Assembly: GCA_963663165.1 (NCBI GenBank)
Contig: OY760175.1
Span: 3,104,001-3,168,000 of the forward strand
Direction of reading: 5' to 3'
DNA: 64,000 nucleotides
Source of the DNA: an uncultured Desulfospira sp.
Lineage (GTDB): Bacteria; Desulfobacterota; Desulfobacteria; Desulfobacterales; Desulfobacteraceae
This document shows, piece by piece, positions 1 through 10,110 of this stretch. The position numbers and the translations under genes were made by a program. How positions within the stretch are numbered: position 1 is the stretch's first letter; every line of letters begins with the position of its first letter. Under the pieces are notes generated by a model, which worked only from the letters and a program-made list of their open reading frames with translations, ran no database searches and was not told the origin of the DNA.

Positions 1-808
1 CGTGCCATTGATGGTGAATATAAAAAGACAGTTTGTGGTCATCCGCATTATCAAAGAAGTAAGTGGATCGAAAATCGAGACTTTTATTTTCATAGTCGGG
101 ATCTTCGGTCATATCCATACCAGAAGCAGCTGTGGTTAGTTTATACCGGTAATTGGTGTAATCGGATGAATCCCATATGCCGCCAAGATAATAATGGAAA
201 TTACCAATCCGGTCCCGATGGTCTGCTTTGATTTTTAATGTATTAAAATCTCCATATCCCGTGGAAATTCGTGTTCCTGGGTCGTCCACCCGCTCTCTTA
301 AAATAAAGTTTGTTGTGCCGGCCAAGGGACTCTGGTTTCCGGAGAAATCCTGGGAGAGGAAATTGGGATACAGCACCGATGCCGGGCCTCTCTGCACTTC
401 CACCCGTTCCACGATCCAGGGATCAATACTCATTGGATCGCAAAAGCTGTCCATGGGCAGCCCGTCAAGCATGTAGGTATTGTAGTTGGTCCCAAGCCCC
501 CCGACAGACCCCCAGTTGGGCTGATTCCGCGCAAGGACGTTAACATAAGCACCGGGCAGATGGCTTACGGTTTCTGCAAGGTTTCCATTTCCCAAAATTT
601 TCTGATCCAGTTCTTCTTTACTGATAACATCTACTTTCTGGGTAACATTTCCTCTGGCTTTGGCCGTTTTTGTGGCGGTGACAATTACATCTTCAAGCGC
701 ATAGGTTTCTTCAGTTTCGCTTGTAGTTGTGTCTCCGGCATAGAGCCCCACAGGCCAGACCATAAAGGAAAACAACAGCAAAAGGCTAAACATTTTCCAT
801 CTTTTCAT
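1..808 (-). CDS. TonB-dependent receptor, 5' part (runs off window start)
   Basis: Manual translation from ATG 808 (RBS AGGAG): signal peptide MKRWKMFSLLLLFSFMVWPVGLYA, TonB-box-like EDVIVTAT, plug motif IVERVEVQRGPASVLY. Not in the ORF track because there is no stop in the window. Confidence 0.9.
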   Translation of the reverse strand, partial: MKRWKMFSLLLLFSFMVWPVGLYAGDTTTSETEETYALEDVIVTATKTAKARGNVTQKVDVISKEELDQKILGNGNLAETVSHLPGAYVNVLARNQPNWGSVGGLGTNYNTYMLDGLPMDSFCDPMSIDPWIVERVEVQRGPASVLYPNFLSQDFSGNQSPLAGTTNFILRERVDDPGTRISTGYGDFNTLKIKADHRDRIGNFHYYLGGIWDSSDYTNYRYKLTTAASGMDMTEDPDYENKSLDFRSTYFFDNADDHKLSFYIHHQWH

Positions 809-1024
809 CTCAACACTCCTTTCCTTTCGTCTCTTTGCAGACATTCTTCCTATTGGCAAACTTCAATTGACAGGAAAAGGGCAGACTGATATCTTGAGGA
901 TCGGAGTGTCCCCTTTCCGGGCATGCTTCACCGGGAGAACAGCGGATGACCTTGGCCGGCTTACGCGGTTCTCCCTTTTTCTTTCTACAGTACCAATTGA
1001 AAGAAAAATCCGGTAATAATTTTA

Positions 1025-1175
1025 AGCAAAAAAACGGCCACAAAGACTATCATCCCTATTCAAAAGAGATCTACCTTCATGGCCGTTTTTTTGTTGTATT
1101 AAAATTCTCTTTTTACTAAAGAGAAGCGGTGCTAAATTTTTTGAGCGAAACAACTACGGCTTCTGCCGTTTTTTG
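1025..1175 (-). promoter_or_regulatory. Structured leader with terminator/antiterminator-like hairpins upstream of the TonB receptor
   Basis: Minus strand: hairpin ACGGC-AGAA-GCCGT, then long stem AAAAAAACGGCCATGAAG...CTTTGTGGCCGTTTTTTTT ending in a U-tract. Confidence 0.5.
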
Positions 1176-1299
1176 GGTGTTACATAGGATAAGCCTTTCC
1201 TCTTTGTCAAGCAAAATATGTGTAAAAAATCATCATGAATCGTAATTCACATCATTCGCCTGCGGGATATTTAATCAAAACCGCTTTCACATTTGAAAA

Positions 1300-1908
1300 T
1301 CAGCCTTCATAGGCCGGGGCCAGGGGATCTTTGCCGTCGGGAAACATGGCGCCAAAGGGATCGCTCTGGTCCAGGTCGGCGGCGGTGCAGTAATGCATGC
1401 CTTTTTTGCCGCCGGTCATCATCAGCGGGCAGGCTTTTTTCAAGTCCAGCCGGCCATCCGGGGTCAGGCAGCCGTCATCCACCTCAAGCCGAGTCACCTG
1501 CCCCATGATCAGGGTATACCCTTCTCCTTCATGAAACCCGGCAAGCTGGCACTCCATCCAGGCATAGGCCCCTTCAATACCGGGCGCTTTAATGGTGTGC
1601 GACAGCCTTGGGGACAGGTTTGCCAGCTCAAACTCATCTTCTTCGGGCCTGGAAAACCGGGCCGTGGGAATGACCTTGTCCACAAAGCTTTTCCCGGCAA
1701 GATTGACCACAAACTCCCGGGTGTCCCGGATGTTGGAAAGGGTATCCCTTTTCTGAGCCGAGGCAAGGCAGATCAGGTCCAAAGGCCTTAACACCGGCAT
1801 AATGCAGGAATATGGGGCAATATTGTTGATTCCATCCTGGCTGCACGTGGAAATAAAGGCCACCGGAAGGGGAAAGAACCCTTCTCTCATCATGGGTTTA
1901 AATATCAT
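1300..1908 (-). CDS. Flavin reductase-like FMN-binding protein (flavoredoxin family)
   Basis: P.PVAFIST..G..NIAPYS, RDTLSNIRDTREFVVN and APGIEGAYAWMECQL motifs. Confidence 0.85.
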   Translation of the reverse strand: MIFKPMMREGFFPLPVAFISTCSQDGINNIAPYSCIMPVLRPLDLICLASAQKRDTLSNIRDTREFVVNLAGKSFVDKVIPTARFSRPEEDEFELANLSPRLSHTIKAPGIEGAYAWMECQLAGFHEGEGYTLIMGQVTRLEVDDGCLTPDGRLDLKKACPLMMTGGKKGMHYCTAADLDQSDPFGAMFPDGKDPLAPAYEG

Positions 1909-2124
1909 AGGGAATCTCCTTTTTAAGGGGTTTAACGATTAAAATGGCCTACCCGTTCCTGCTCAGTCAAAGACTTGAACGGTTGCCCGGTTCATATCGA
2001 TCTGTCCAGCCGATTCTTCGGCTGTCATCCCCCGCTTCATGCGAAGATTCATCATAACGTTCATACCTTAAAGGTCAGGAACCGGACCGTCAATAAAAAT
2101 ACCCGAACCCGTTCCATCAAGTGT

Positions 2125-2153
2125 TTGACAAAGACTCAAGATGTCCTTATATT
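2125..2153 (+). promoter_or_regulatory. sigma70 promoter of trxA-trxB-bamD
   Basis: TTGACA-17 nt-TATATT, ending 37 nt upstream of the trxA ATG. Confidence 0.65.
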
Positions 2154-2190
2154 TACGGACAATTTGAACCCTAACCACAAAGGATAAATC

Positions 2191-2517
2191 ATGTCAGAAA
2201 ATATCATTGAACTCCAGGACGACGAATTCGAAGAAAAGGTATTAAAATCTGAAAAACCCGTGATGGTGGATTTCTGGGCTCCCTGGTGCGGTCCCTGTAA
2301 AGCCATTGCCCCTACGGTTGCGGCCCTTGAGGCAAAATTTGGAGATAAAATGACTTTTGTCAAAGTCAATGTGGATGACAATCCGGTCAGTCCGAGCAAA
2401 TACGGGGTTCAGGCCATCCCCACCCTGATTTTTTTCAAGGGCGGAGAAATTGCCGAGCAGATCGTGGGAATGGTGGCCAGGGAAAAACTTGAGGAAACCA
2501 TTAAAGGACTGGTATAG
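2191..2517 (+). CDS. trxA: Thioredoxin
   Basis: WCGPC active site, 108 aa. Confidence 0.97.
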   Translation: MSENIIELQDDEFEEKVLKSEKPVMVDFWAPWCGPCKAIAPTVAALEAKFGDKMTFVKVNVDDNPVSPSKYGVQAIPTLIFFKGGEIAEQIVGMVAREKLEETIKGLV

Positions 2518-2528
2518 GAGATTATCCC

Positions 2529-3449
2529 ATGGCGGATTATGATCTTGTCATCATCGGCTCCGGCCCGGCAGGACTGACAGCCGGCCTTTATGCCGCAAGA
2601 GCCCGCATGAATGTGCTTGTTCTGGAAAAGGCGGTGCCTGGCGGACAGATCCTGGTCACGGACTGGGTGGAAAATTACCCGGGATTTCCCGAAGGGATCT
2701 CAGGATACGATCTGGCAGAAAAAATCAAAGATCAGGCTTTGGGGCTCGGGCTTAAAATCGAGACCGCCGAAGTCCACTCCATTGAAGTGAGCCCGGAATC
2801 AAAACAGATTATTCTTAAAGATAAAACCATCACGGCCAAGGCCTTAATTATCGCCTCAGGCGCTTCTCCTAGAAAATTGGGCATCGGAGAAGAAAAATTC
2901 ACGGGCAAGGGCGTTTCTTTTTGCGCCACCTGCGACGGGCCGTTTTTCAGGGATAAAACCGTTGTGGCTGTAGGCGGCGGGGATACGGCTGTTCAGGAAT
3001 CGGTCTTTTTGACCAAATTTGCCAAAAAGGTGTATCTGGTCCACCGCCGGGATGAATTGCGGGCAGCCAAGATCCTTCAGGAAAGGGCCTTTGCCAACGA
3101 CAAAATCGAGATGGTCTGGGATTCGGTGGTCACCGGGCTGAACGGGTTCTTCGGGGTTGAAGGGGTAACGGTAAAAAACCTTAAAACCAGTGAGGAAAAA
3201 ACCCTTCAAGCGGACGGCTGCTTTATCTGGGTGGGAATTGAACCCAATGCCGATTTTATCAACGGGCAGGTGGAAACCGACCCCTACGGATTTATCATCG
3301 CTGATGCCCACATGCAGACCAGTGTGCCCGGTGTCTTTGCCGCAGGGGATATCAGAAACACCCCGCTGCGCCAGATTGCCACGGCGGTGGGCGATGCTGC
3401 CATTGCTGCCGTTTCGGCCGAACATTATATCGAGAATTTAAATTCATGA
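2529..3449 (+). CDS. trxB: Thioredoxin reductase
   Basis: GSGPAG FAD motif, CATCDG, GGGDTA, TSVPGVFAAGD. Confidence 0.97.
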   Translation: MADYDLVIIGSGPAGLTAGLYAARARMNVLVLEKAVPGGQILVTDWVENYPGFPEGISGYDLAEKIKDQALGLGLKIETAEVHSIEVSPESKQIILKDKTITAKALIIASGASPRKLGIGEEKFTGKGVSFCATCDGPFFRDKTVVAVGGGDTAVQESVFLTKFAKKVYLVHRRDELRAAKILQERAFANDKIEMVWDSVVTGLNGFFGVEGVTVKNLKTSEEKTLQADGCFIWVGIEPNADFINGQVETDPYGFIIADAHMQTSVPGVFAAGDIRNTPLRQIATAVGDAAIAAVSAEHYIENLNS

Positions 3450-4126
3450 AAAATTTATTTATAGTCCTGACCCTGGCCCTTTTCATGTCCGGCTGCTCCC
3501 TGTTCAAAGACAGTGAGCAGCAGCAGATGAACAAAAATGCCGAACAGCTGGCCGCAGAAGGGGCCGAAGAATTTCTTGATGAAGATTACAAAGAGGCCAT
3601 CAAAGCCTATACCGACCTTAAAGACTGGTATCCGTTTTCAAAATACGCCATCCTGGCTGAGCTGAAAATTGCCGATTCCCATTTTCATCTTGAAGAATAT
3701 GCCGAAGCCATTGCGGCATATGAAAACTTTGAAAAACTCCATCCCAGAAACGAGGCTGTTCCCTACATCATTAACCAAATCGGCCTGTGCTGGTTCAACC
3801 AGATCAAAACCACGGACCGGGATGCCTCTCCGGCCCGGAACGCCAAAGAACAGTTCCAGCGCCTTTTAGATCAGTATCCGGACAATGCCGAGTATGCGGA
3901 AAAGGCCAGGGAAAATATCCAGAAATGCATTGATGATATGGCGGCCCACGAACTTTATGTGGCTGATTTTTATTTAAAGACCAAAAAATACAAATCTGCC
4001 CTTAAACGGTATGAATACATTGTAGAGACTTACCCGGGTTCAGACCAAAGCGAGGCCGCCGCAAAACAAATACCCGAATGTACCTCGCTTGCGGCCGAAC
4101 AGGAGCTTGCCCAAAAAGAAGATTAA
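3446..4126 (+). CDS. bamD: Outer membrane protein assembly lipoprotein BamD
   Basis: Lipobox MSGC, TPR-like repeats, YPFSKYA and AAHELYVADFY motifs. Confidence 0.88.
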   Translation: MKNLFIVLTLALFMSGCSLFKDSEQQQMNKNAEQLAAEGAEEFLDEDYKEAIKAYTDLKDWYPFSKYAILAELKIADSHFHLEEYAEAIAAYENFEKLHPRNEAVPYIINQIGLCWFNQIKTTDRDASPARNAKEQFQRLLDQYPDNAEYAEKARENIQKCIDDMAAHELYVADFYLKTKKYKSALKRYEYIVETYPGSDQSEAAAKQIPECTSLAAEQELAQKED

Positions 4127-4218
4127 TTTTTACTTTACTTTTTTTTCAAGCTGATGTATTAACTTCGGGTTATTTTGTCATGAAATAAAAAAGAGCTTTG
4201 TGCCAAGGAGTATAAACA

Positions 4219-4413
4219 ATGTCTAAAGAATGCGCCATTTGCGGGAAAAAACCCATGGTCGGCCACAATGTCAGCCATGCCCACAACCTGAATAAAAGAA
4301 GATTTAACCCCAACCTTCAAAGGGTTCGTGCCGTTATCAAACCCGGATGCGTCAGAAAAATAGACGTCTGCACCAGCTGTATCAAGGCCGGCAAAGTAAC
4401 CAAGGCATCTTAA
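4219..4413 (+). CDS. rpmB: 50S ribosomal protein L28
   Basis: [33 protein letters not shown]. Confidence 0.97.
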   Translation: MSKECAICGKKPMVGHNVSHAHNLNKRRFNPNLQRVRAVIKPGCVRKIDVCTSCIKAGKVTKAS

Positions 4414-4415
4414 TC

Positions 4416-4543
4416 CGTGTTTGAACGAAAAGTCACCCATCTGCTGCGTTTCAGAAAAATTTGCAATCCTCACAACCCCCATGGTTGCTCCGGTTACAAA
4501 TTTTTCTGCGCCTTGCATCTGGGCAACTTTTCGCTCAAACACG
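4416..4543. repeat. 128-bp palindromic MITE/REP-like element, copy A
   Basis: 18-bp terminal inverted repeat CGTGTTTGAACGAAAAGT / ACTTTTCGCTCAAACACG; internal motifs shared (inverted) with 4768-4895. Confidence 0.65.
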
Positions 4544-4617
4544 AGCTTACGTTCAGGCACTAATTCGGCTCTTAGGCTGAAGGGCCTGATTCCCAACAGC
4601 CGGCAAAATAAAAAATC

Positions 4618-4649
4618 AAAAGACCGGGGGATCTGCCCACCGGTCTTTT
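4618..4649. terminator. Putative intrinsic terminator between convergent rpmB and PhoH genes
   Basis: AAAAGACCGG...CCGGTCTTTT hairpin. Confidence 0.6.
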
Positions 4650-4767
4650 GCTGTTTGTATGGAAGCTGTTAGCTTTTAGCCTTTAGCTGTCAGGCGTTGA
4701 AAGAAACAAGAGATTTAAATCCACGCTCTCTTGTTTCTTGTATCAAGTTTCCAGTTTCTTGAACCCC

Positions 4768-4895
4768 GGTATGGGCGAGAATTTGCCCATATGCAAGGCG
4801 CAAAGAATTCCAAGACCGAAAGTGTACTTTTGTACGTGATGAGGATCTTGGAATTCTGCAGCAACGCAGCAGATGGGTGAATTGTCGTCCATACC
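4768..4895. repeat. 128-bp palindromic MITE/REP-like element, copy B
   Basis: TIR GGTATGGGCGAGAATT / AATTGTCGTCCATACC; contains ATGCAAGGCGC and AACGCAGCAGATGG, the reverse complements of motifs in copy A. Confidence 0.65.
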
Positions 4896-6220
4896 TATAA
4901 AATCTTTGAGGCCAGCTCTGCCAGTTCCGACCGCTCCCCCTTCTCCAGATTAACATGGGCATAAAGCTTCTGCCCCTTCATCTTCTCAATGATAAAGGCA
5001 AGCCCGTTGGTCTGGCTGTCCAGGTAAGGATGGTCAATCTGAAAGATATCCCCGGTAAACACAATTTTGGTTCCTTCCCCTGCCCGGGTGATAATGGTTT
5101 TTACCTCATGGGGAGTCAGGTTCTGGGCCTCATCCACAATAAAAAAGACCCGGACAATGCTCCGTCCCCGGATATATGAAATCGGGGTGATCACAATCTT
5201 TTCTTCTTCAATGAGTTCATTTATCCGTTTGGATTCACTATTCCCCTCGTTAAGAAAATTCTGAAGCACAGACAGGTTATCGTACAGGGGCTGCATATAC
5301 GGGTCAAGCTTGGAGGCCACATCCCCGGGCAGATACCCTAAATCTTTGTTGCTTAGGGGGACCACCGGCCTGGCCACAAAAATCTGCCGGTAATACCGCT
5401 TCCGGGCCAGGGCAGCCGCCAAGGCCAGCAGGGTCTTTCCGGTGCCGGCCTTGCCGGATATCGTCACCAGGGGAATATCCGGGTTGAGCATGGCATTTAA
5501 GGCAAAGGCCTGTTCGGCGTTCCGGGGTTTGATCCCGGAACAGACCTGGGGCTGGACCAGCTTAATGGTCCGGTCATTGCCGTCCACCCATGCCAGGGCT
5601 GATTTGGAACCATTTTTCAGGATCACATTTTCATTGATTAAAAATTCCCGGTCGGTTTCAAGATTATCCCAGGCGGTTTCATAGGGTTTGGCATAAAGCT
5701 CATCAAAAATTTCAACGCTGACGTTTTCAACGGTTCTTAAGCCCGTATAGATGTCCGACGGATTTTCAACAAATTTGGAGTTGTAATTCTCCGTTTTCAG
5801 CCCGATGGACCTGGCCCGCAGCCGCAAATTAACGTCTTTGGTCACAAAGATCACATTCTTGAAATCATGCTGTTTGGCAATCACATAGGCAATGTTCATG
5901 ATTTTGATGTCAGGGGTGATTTCATTGAAATTTTCTTTGATCTTCTGATCGATTTCCATGTCCAGGCGGATGGAGATGGTCCCTTCTCCGTTTTCAATGG
6001 GAGCGCCGCCGTTGAGCATTTTATCCCCGGACAGGGCGTCCAGGGTTCTTAAAAAATCCCGGGCATTGGCGTTAATGATGTTGTTTCCTTTTTTAAATTT
6101 ATCCAACTCTTCAATAACGATGATGGGGATATAAATATCATTGTCTTTGAACTGATGGATACAGGAACTGTCATGAAGGATGACATTGGTGTCCAGGATA
6201 AAAATTTTTTTCATACTCAT
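4895..6220 (-). CDS. PhoH-family ATPase with N-terminal PIN domain (PhoH2/YlaK-like)
   Basis: ILDTNVILHD PIN motif; GKAGTGKT Walker A; LGYLPGD, YIRGRS, DEAQN. Confidence 0.93.
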   Translation of the reverse strand: MSMKKIFILDTNVILHDSSCIHQFKDNDIYIPIIVIEELDKFKKGNNIINANARDFLRTLDALSGDKMLNGGAPIENGEGTISIRLDMEIDQKIKENFNEITPDIKIMNIAYVIAKQHDFKNVIFVTKDVNLRLRARSIGLKTENYNSKFVENPSDIYTGLRTVENVSVEIFDELYAKPYETAWDNLETDREFLINENVILKNGSKSALAWVDGNDRTIKLVQPQVCSGIKPRNAEQAFALNAMLNPDIPLVTISGKAGTGKTLLALAAALARKRYYRQIFVARPVVPLSNKDLGYLPGDVASKLDPYMQPLYDNLSVLQNFLNEGNSESKRINELIEEEKIVITPISYIRGRSIVRVFFIVDEAQNLTPHEVKTIITRAGEGTKIVFTGDIFQIDHPYLDSQTNGLAFIIEKMKGQKLYAHVNLEKGERSELAELASKIL

Positions 6221-6384
6221 CTCCGTTAAGGGTTGGCGTCACGGCCTGGCCGGTGCTTACCACTGGTTTTGTCCGGGACGGTAAATAACGAGCCCCCCGG
6301 GTTCTTCCAGAGCAGCTTTTACCCAGAACCTATAAAAAATGATGGGCTATTTGTAAATACAATGCCCGGCATGTTCATAAAATC

Positions 6385-8535
6385 CTAATCTGCCCTGACG
6401 ATTCGTTTTACATCGTTGACCTTTTTCACCTGCTTGATCTGGCTCATAATGGTCCTGAGCTGTTCGGAACTTTCCACCATAATTGTAAAATAAAACAGGC
6501 TGACCCCCTCCTCGCTGGTATGGGTCTTGGCGCTGATAATATTAGACTTGTTTTTGGTGATTACCGAAGCAATGTCGGCCAGAAGCCCGAACCGGTCATC
6601 GGTCTTGATCTTGATACCGGCCGGGTAGGATTCTGAATAATCCTTGCTCCACTGAACCTCTATCTGCCGTTCTTCGCTCATTTTCAGCACGTTAAGGCAG
6701 TTTTTCCGGTGAATGGTCACCCCCTGGCCCTGGGTGATATACCCGATAATGGGATCTCCGGGCAAGGGGTTGCAGCATTTGGAGAATTTGACCAGAACAT
6801 CATTGAGCCCTTTAACAATGATGCCCGTGTCGTTTTTCTTTCGCCGCCGGCCCACAATTTTCCGGAGCAGGCTGGGCTCTTTTTCCTCTTCTTCAAGTCC
6901 GGGGGTCGCCCGGTTTAATACCTGGAGGGCCGTCAGCTTGCCGAACCCCACCTGGACAATGAGCTCATCCTCGCTTTTAAAGCCGTAATGCTCGGCCACC
7001 TCACCGATTTTCCCGGATTTGAGCAGGGCGTTAAAGTTCTGGTTTCTTTTTTTGAAAACCTTTTCACACATTTCCCGGCCCAGGCTGTAAGAGCGTTCCT
7101 TTTCTTTTGCATTGACCCAGGCCCTGATCTTGGTTTTGGCCTTAACGGTCTTGACAAAATTGAGCCAGTCCGGGCTTGGGGAATGATCTTTGGTGGTGAC
7201 GATTTCTATGGTGTCCCCGGTATTGAGTTCATGGGCGAGAGGGACCAGTTTGCCGTTGACCTTGGCGCCGGTACACTGTGCCCCGATCTCGGTATGAATG
7301 GCATAGGCAAAATCCACGGGTGTGGCCCCCTTGGGCATGGTTTTGATGTCCCCCTGGGGCGTGAACACATAAATTTCATCGGGGTAAAGATCAATCCGGA
7401 CGTTTTCAAGAAACTCGTCCGGGTCATTGTAATTTTCCTGGTTTTCCACCAGGTTCCGGATCCAGGCAAACAGCTCGCCGGTGGATTCGTCGATATGGGT
7501 ACCTTCCTTATAGCTCCAGTGGGCGGCAATGCCGGATTCGGCAATCCGGTCCATCTCCTGGGTCCGGATCTGGATTTCCACCCGCCCCCCTTTAGGGCCG
7601 ATCACCGTGGTATGGATGGACTGGTACATGTTGGGCTTGGGGTTGCCGATGTAATCCTTGATCTTGTTGTAGATGGGCTTCCACATGGAATGGACCCCGC
7701 CCATGGCCGCATAGCACTGGGGAACCGTCTCCAGGATGATCCTGAAGGCCACCACATCGTAGATCTCTTCAAACTCAAGGTCCTGGGACATCATTTTCTG
7801 GTAAATGGAATAATGCTGCTTATACCGTCCCTTGATGGTGCAGGGAAGCTCCATTTCTTCCATCTTGTAATGAAGGCTTGCGTTGACCTCTTTGATATAC
7901 TCTTCTTTTTCATCCTTGGCCCGGTTGACCAGGGCGTCAATCCGGTTATATTCTTCTTTCTGGGTATAATAAAAGGCAATATCTTCCAGTTCATGCTTCA
8001 TCCAGAAGATTCCCAACCGGGCGGCGATGGGGGCATAGATATCCAGGGTTTCCTGGGCGATAGCGGCCTTTTTTTCCTCGGTCTTGTGATATTTCAGGGT
8101 CCGCATGTTATGGACCCGGTCAGCGAGTTTAATCAAAACAACCCGGATATCATCGGCCATGGCCAGGATCATTTTTCTTAAGGATTCAGCCTGCTGGGCG
8201 ATCTTGGTGGAGGAAGGCAGGGCAGACAGCTTGGTGACCCCTTCCACAATATGGGCCACCCCGGGGCCGAACATATCGGCAATATCTTCTTTGGTGGCCG
8301 GGGTGTCTTCAATGACATCGTGGAGAAGGGCCGCGGCAATGGATTCAACGTCGAGCTTCATGTCGGCCAGGATATAGGCCACTTCAAGGGGATGGGAAAG
8401 GTAAGGTTCTCCGGAGAGCCTTATCTGTCCTTCGTGGACCCGGGCCGAGTATATGTAAGCCCGGTCAATGATGTCCACATCTGCATCCGGGCTATACTCG
8501 TAAATCTTGTCAAGTATATCGGTTATTCGGATCAT
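6385..8535 (-). CDS. spoT: Bifunctional (p)ppGpp synthetase/hydrolase (RelA/SpoT)
   Basis: HD domain (LLHDVIED), synthetase motifs (KDYI..PKPNMYQSIHT, EIQIRT), TGS and ACT domains. Confidence 0.96.
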   Translation of the reverse strand: MIRITDILDKIYEYSPDADVDIIDRAYIYSARVHEGQIRLSGEPYLSHPLEVAYILADMKLDVESIAAALLHDVIEDTPATKEDIADMFGPGVAHIVEGVTKLSALPSSTKIAQQAESLRKMILAMADDIRVVLIKLADRVHNMRTLKYHKTEEKKAAIAQETLDIYAPIAARLGIFWMKHELEDIAFYYTQKEEYNRIDALVNRAKDEKEEYIKEVNASLHYKMEEMELPCTIKGRYKQHYSIYQKMMSQDLEFEEIYDVVAFRIILETVPQCYAAMGGVHSMWKPIYNKIKDYIGNPKPNMYQSIHTTVIGPKGGRVEIQIRTQEMDRIAESGIAAHWSYKEGTHIDESTGELFAWIRNLVENQENYNDPDEFLENVRIDLYPDEIYVFTPQGDIKTMPKGATPVDFAYAIHTEIGAQCTGAKVNGKLVPLAHELNTGDTIEIVTTKDHSPSPDWLNFVKTVKAKTKIRAWVNAKEKERSYSLGREMCEKVFKKRNQNFNALLKSGKIGEVAEHYGFKSEDELIVQVGFGKLTALQVLNRATPGLEEEEKEPSLLRKIVGRRRKKNDTGIIVKGLNDVLVKFSKCCNPLPGDPIIGYITQGQGVTIHRKNCLNVLKMSEERQIEVQWSKDYSESYPAGIKIKTDDRFGLLADIASVITKNKSNIISAKTHTSEEGVSLFYFTIMVESSEQLRTIMSQIKQVKKVNDVKRIVRAD

Positions 8536-8598
8536 TTACATTGATCTTACCTTAATTGCCGCCCAAACACCAATACAAACAAGAGAGATTCCCCACAT

Positions 8599-10110
8599 CT
8601 AGTACGCCTTGGCAAACAAAACCCTTTTCTGACTTTTGCCGCCGCAGCAGATGCATTGGCCCTCTTCTTGAGGATTGTCATAAGGAATGCATCGGATGGT
8701 GACGGAAAGATCCTTTTTGACTTTCTCTTCACAACCGGCATCCCCGCACCAGTGGGCCATGACAAACGCCCCGTTGTCAAATCCCCCGGCTTTTTTGTAT
8801 AAGTCGTAGAATTCTTCGGTGGAGTCAATGGAAAAGGTGTGTTCCTTTTGAAAGGATAAGGCCCGCTGGAAAAGATTGTCCTGAATCTGGTCCAGGATGT
8901 CGGTGATGCCGTCAATGAAGTGGTTCCGGTCCATGGATTCTTTTTCATTGGGGGCGTTGTCCCTTCTGGCCATGAACACGGCATTGTTTTCAATATCCCG
9001 GGGGCCAAGCTCCACCCGGACGGGGATCCCTTTTTTGACCCATTCCCAGCCCCGGGCACCGCCGATGTCCCGGGAATCAATCTCCACGGTGATCTTGCGG
9101 CCGTGAAAATCTTTGGCGGTTAAGGCGTCTCTTAACTGCTCGGCACTGTCCAGTACCGCTGAATTATCCGCGCCTTTTTTGACAATGGGAAGGATCACCA
9201 CATGGGCCGGGGCCACCCGCGGCGGAACCACCAGGCCGTCATCATCTGAATGGACCATGATCATGCCGCCGATCATCCGGGTGGAGGTGCCCCAGGAGGT
9301 GGTCCAGGCATAGGCCTCTTCCCCGTCCTCGTTCTGAAATTTAATATCCGAGCCTTTGGCAAAATTTTGTCCTAAAAAATGGGAGGTTCCGGCCTGGAGG
9401 GCTCGTTTGTCCTGCATCATGGCCTCAATACAGGTGGTATTGTCCGCCCCGGGGAACCGTTCGGACACGGTTTTCTCGCCTTTGATCACGGGCATGGCCA
9501 GCCAGTTTTCAACGAAATCCGCATACAGGTCCAGCATCTGAAGGGTCCGTTCCTCAGCCTCTTCTTTGGTGGCATGGGCCGTATGCCCCTCCTGCCATAA
9601 AAATTCGCTGGTCCGCAGAAACATGCGGGTGCGCATCTCCCATCTCACCACATTGGCCCACTGGTTGAGCAGGATGGGCAGATCCCGGTAAGACGAGGTC
9701 CACCGGGACATGGATTCGCCGATAATGGTTTCAGAGGTAGGGCGGACGATGAGGGGTTCGGCCAGTTCCCCGGCAGGTTTCAAAGCACCGTCAGGGCCCT
9801 GCTCCAGCTTATGGTGGGTGACCACGGCGCATTCCTTGGCAAACCCTTCCACATGCTCGGCCTCTTTTTCAAGATAACTCAAGGGAATAAACAAGGGGAA
9901 ATAAGCGTTTTTAACACCGGTCTCCTTGAACATGGCATCCATCTGACGGGAAATGTTTTCCCAAATCGCAAATCCCCAGGGTTTGATTACCATGCATCCC
10001 CTGACCGGGGAGTTCTCAGACATGTCCGATGCCTTGATCACTTCCTGGTACCACTGGGCATAATCTTCTTCCCGTGTGGGGGATATTGCCGCCTTTGTCT
10101 TCTTAGCCAT
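8599..10110 (-). CDS. proS: Proline--tRNA ligase (eukaryote/archaeon-like type)
   Basis: VRPTSET, FLRTSEFLWQEGHT, QAGTSHFLGQNF; C-terminal FAKAY; no INS editing domain. Confidence 0.96.
   Translation of the reverse strand: MAKKTKAAISPTREEDYAQWYQEVIKASDMSENSPVRGCMVIKPWGFAIWENISRQMDAMFKETGVKNAYFPLFIPLSYLEKEAEHVEGFAKECAVVTHHKLEQGPDGALKPAGELAEPLIVRPTSETIIGESMSRWTSSYRDLPILLNQWANVVRWEMRTRMFLRTSEFLWQEGHTAHATKEEAEERTLQMLDLYADFVENWLAMPVIKGEKTVSERFPGADNTTCIEAMMQDKRALQAGTSHFLGQNFAKGSDIKFQNEDGEEAYAWTTSWGTSTRMIGGMIMVHSDDDGLVVPPRVAPAHVVILPIVKKGADNSAVLDSAEQLRDALTAKDFHGRKITVEIDSRDIGGARGWEWVKKGIPVRVELGPRDIENNAVFMARRDNAPNEKESMDRNHFIDGITDILDQIQDNLFQRALSFQKEHTFSIDSTEEFYDLYKKAGGFDNGAFVMAHWCGDAGCEEKVKKDLSVTIRCIPYDNPQEEGQCICCGGKSQKRVLFAKAY

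Noticed and set aside
6988..8181. 397-aa plus-strand ORF (likewise 48703-49971 and 32818-33735)
   Set aside because: Antisense shadows of well-conserved genes with no recognisable motifs.
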